64,000 nt of DNA from Azolla caroliniana (Eukaryota > Plantae > Polypodiophyta): assembly GCA_043228905.1 (NCBI GenBank), contig JBHGNT010000012.1, positions 17,298,001 to 17,362,000 of the forward strand. The letters are read 5' to 3'. The notes under the pieces were generated by a model. That model made no database searches. It was not told where the DNA came from and worked only from the letters and a program-made list of their open reading frames with translations. Each line of letters opens with the position of its first letter. Positions within the stretch are counted from its first letter, which is position 1. The translations under genes and the position numbers were made by a program. Below, one piece after another: positions 62,966 through 64,000 of the stretch.

Positions 62966-64000
62966 CTATCCCCCCTTTAAAACGACGAGTTTCACGAGTC
63001 GTTTTGGATTGAGGACCCGGTTTCTCGGGATATCGTCGATGGAAGTCTTCTAGAAGAGCACGAGCATTGGTCACATTCTCGATCGGTTCCCAAGTACGCT
63101 CGCTGGGACTATATCCTAGCCAATCGACTAGATAGTAGAGCTTGTTGCGAACAATCTTGGAATCGAGGATGGCAGCGACCTCATACTCAGGTCCATCTTC
63201 GAGCTCGATAGGAGGTGGAGGTTGTATAGTACGTCCTGGGATAGTGCTCTCGTGATAGGGTTCGAGGAGAGAACTATGAAACACCGGGTGTATCCGAAGT
63301 TGCGGAGGTAGCTCGAGACGAAAAGCGACATCATTAATCTTCCCGATAATACGGAAAGGACCTAATCGTCGATAATCCAACTTCTCACATGGGCGAGTAG
63401 TCTTGATGTGTCGTCGTAGCAGCCACACCCGATCTCCAATGTTAAAACTGGATGGAAGTCGATGACGATCTGCGTAGTCCTTGTGTGATTGTTGAGCTTG
63501 CTGGAGTTGAGTAGATAAATCCGCTTGTATCTTGCGTAACCGCTCCAAACGATCCTCCGCGCAAGGATTTGTGGACACTTCTGGGGTTTCAAGGACACAC
63601 CACCGGGGATGATATCCCGTATAAGCGTAGAATGGCGTGACTTTAGTCGATGCGTGGATAGCGTTATTATAGGCAAATTCGGCGAACGGAAGAATATCTG
63701 TCCAGTCATTCTGATGATAGTTGAGAAAGCACCGCAGATACTGCTCCAGTGTTTGATTTGTTCGTTCGGCTTGACCGTCGGTTTGTGGGTGGTAGCCGGA
63801 GGAGAGGTTACAAGTGACCTTCAGCATTTTAAAAAGGTGCTTCCAGAATTTTGACACAAACTGGGGTCCACGATCGCTGATGATATTATCAGGGAGTCCA
63901 TGATGCCGACATACTTCCCGCATGACAATTTCGGCGGTGTCTTCACTAGATATTTCTTTAGTACATGGTAAGAAATGAGCCATCTTCGTATATCGATCCA
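62958..64000 (-). mobile_element. Ty3/gypsy chromovirus (Tcn1-like) pol 3' end: integrase plus chromodomain, open frame continuing beyond the window
   Basis: HGLPDNIISDRGPQF, YHPQTDGQAERTNQ, GPF motif, HPVFHSSLL and chromodomain EYEVAAIL...YLVDWLGY..SERTWEP. Confidence 0.95.

Overview
Eukaryotic plant nuclear DNA, probably from a fern or other seed-free plant. That assignment is an inference from the Tcn1-type chromovirus, the LINE types and the gene structures. The window is AT-rich and TE-dense, with a central island of three apparently intact spliced genes: an OTS/ULP1c-d-like SUMO protease (minus, ~29879-37554), a divergent ribosomal protein bL25/CTC-family gene (plus, 41424-44700) and a CNGC2/DND1-like cyclic-nucleotide-gated channel (minus, 46711-50515). 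The flanks hold: a TSD-bounded non-autonomous Tat/Athila-like LTR element that lost gag-pol but kept a long 3' ORF (1259-5606); three copies of an LTR-like repeat carrying tRNA-like motifs; several LINE fragments; Copia remnants; a chromovirus nested in a deleted Copia; a MITE; and mini- and microsatellites. I see no prokaryotic-type system such as CRISPR. The most unusual signals are the retroelement with a PPT-containing extension beyond its 5' LTR, the tRNA-like modules in the LTR family, and a (GA)n-filled first intron in the SUMO protease gene. Exon boundaries were read by eye, and no database searches were run.
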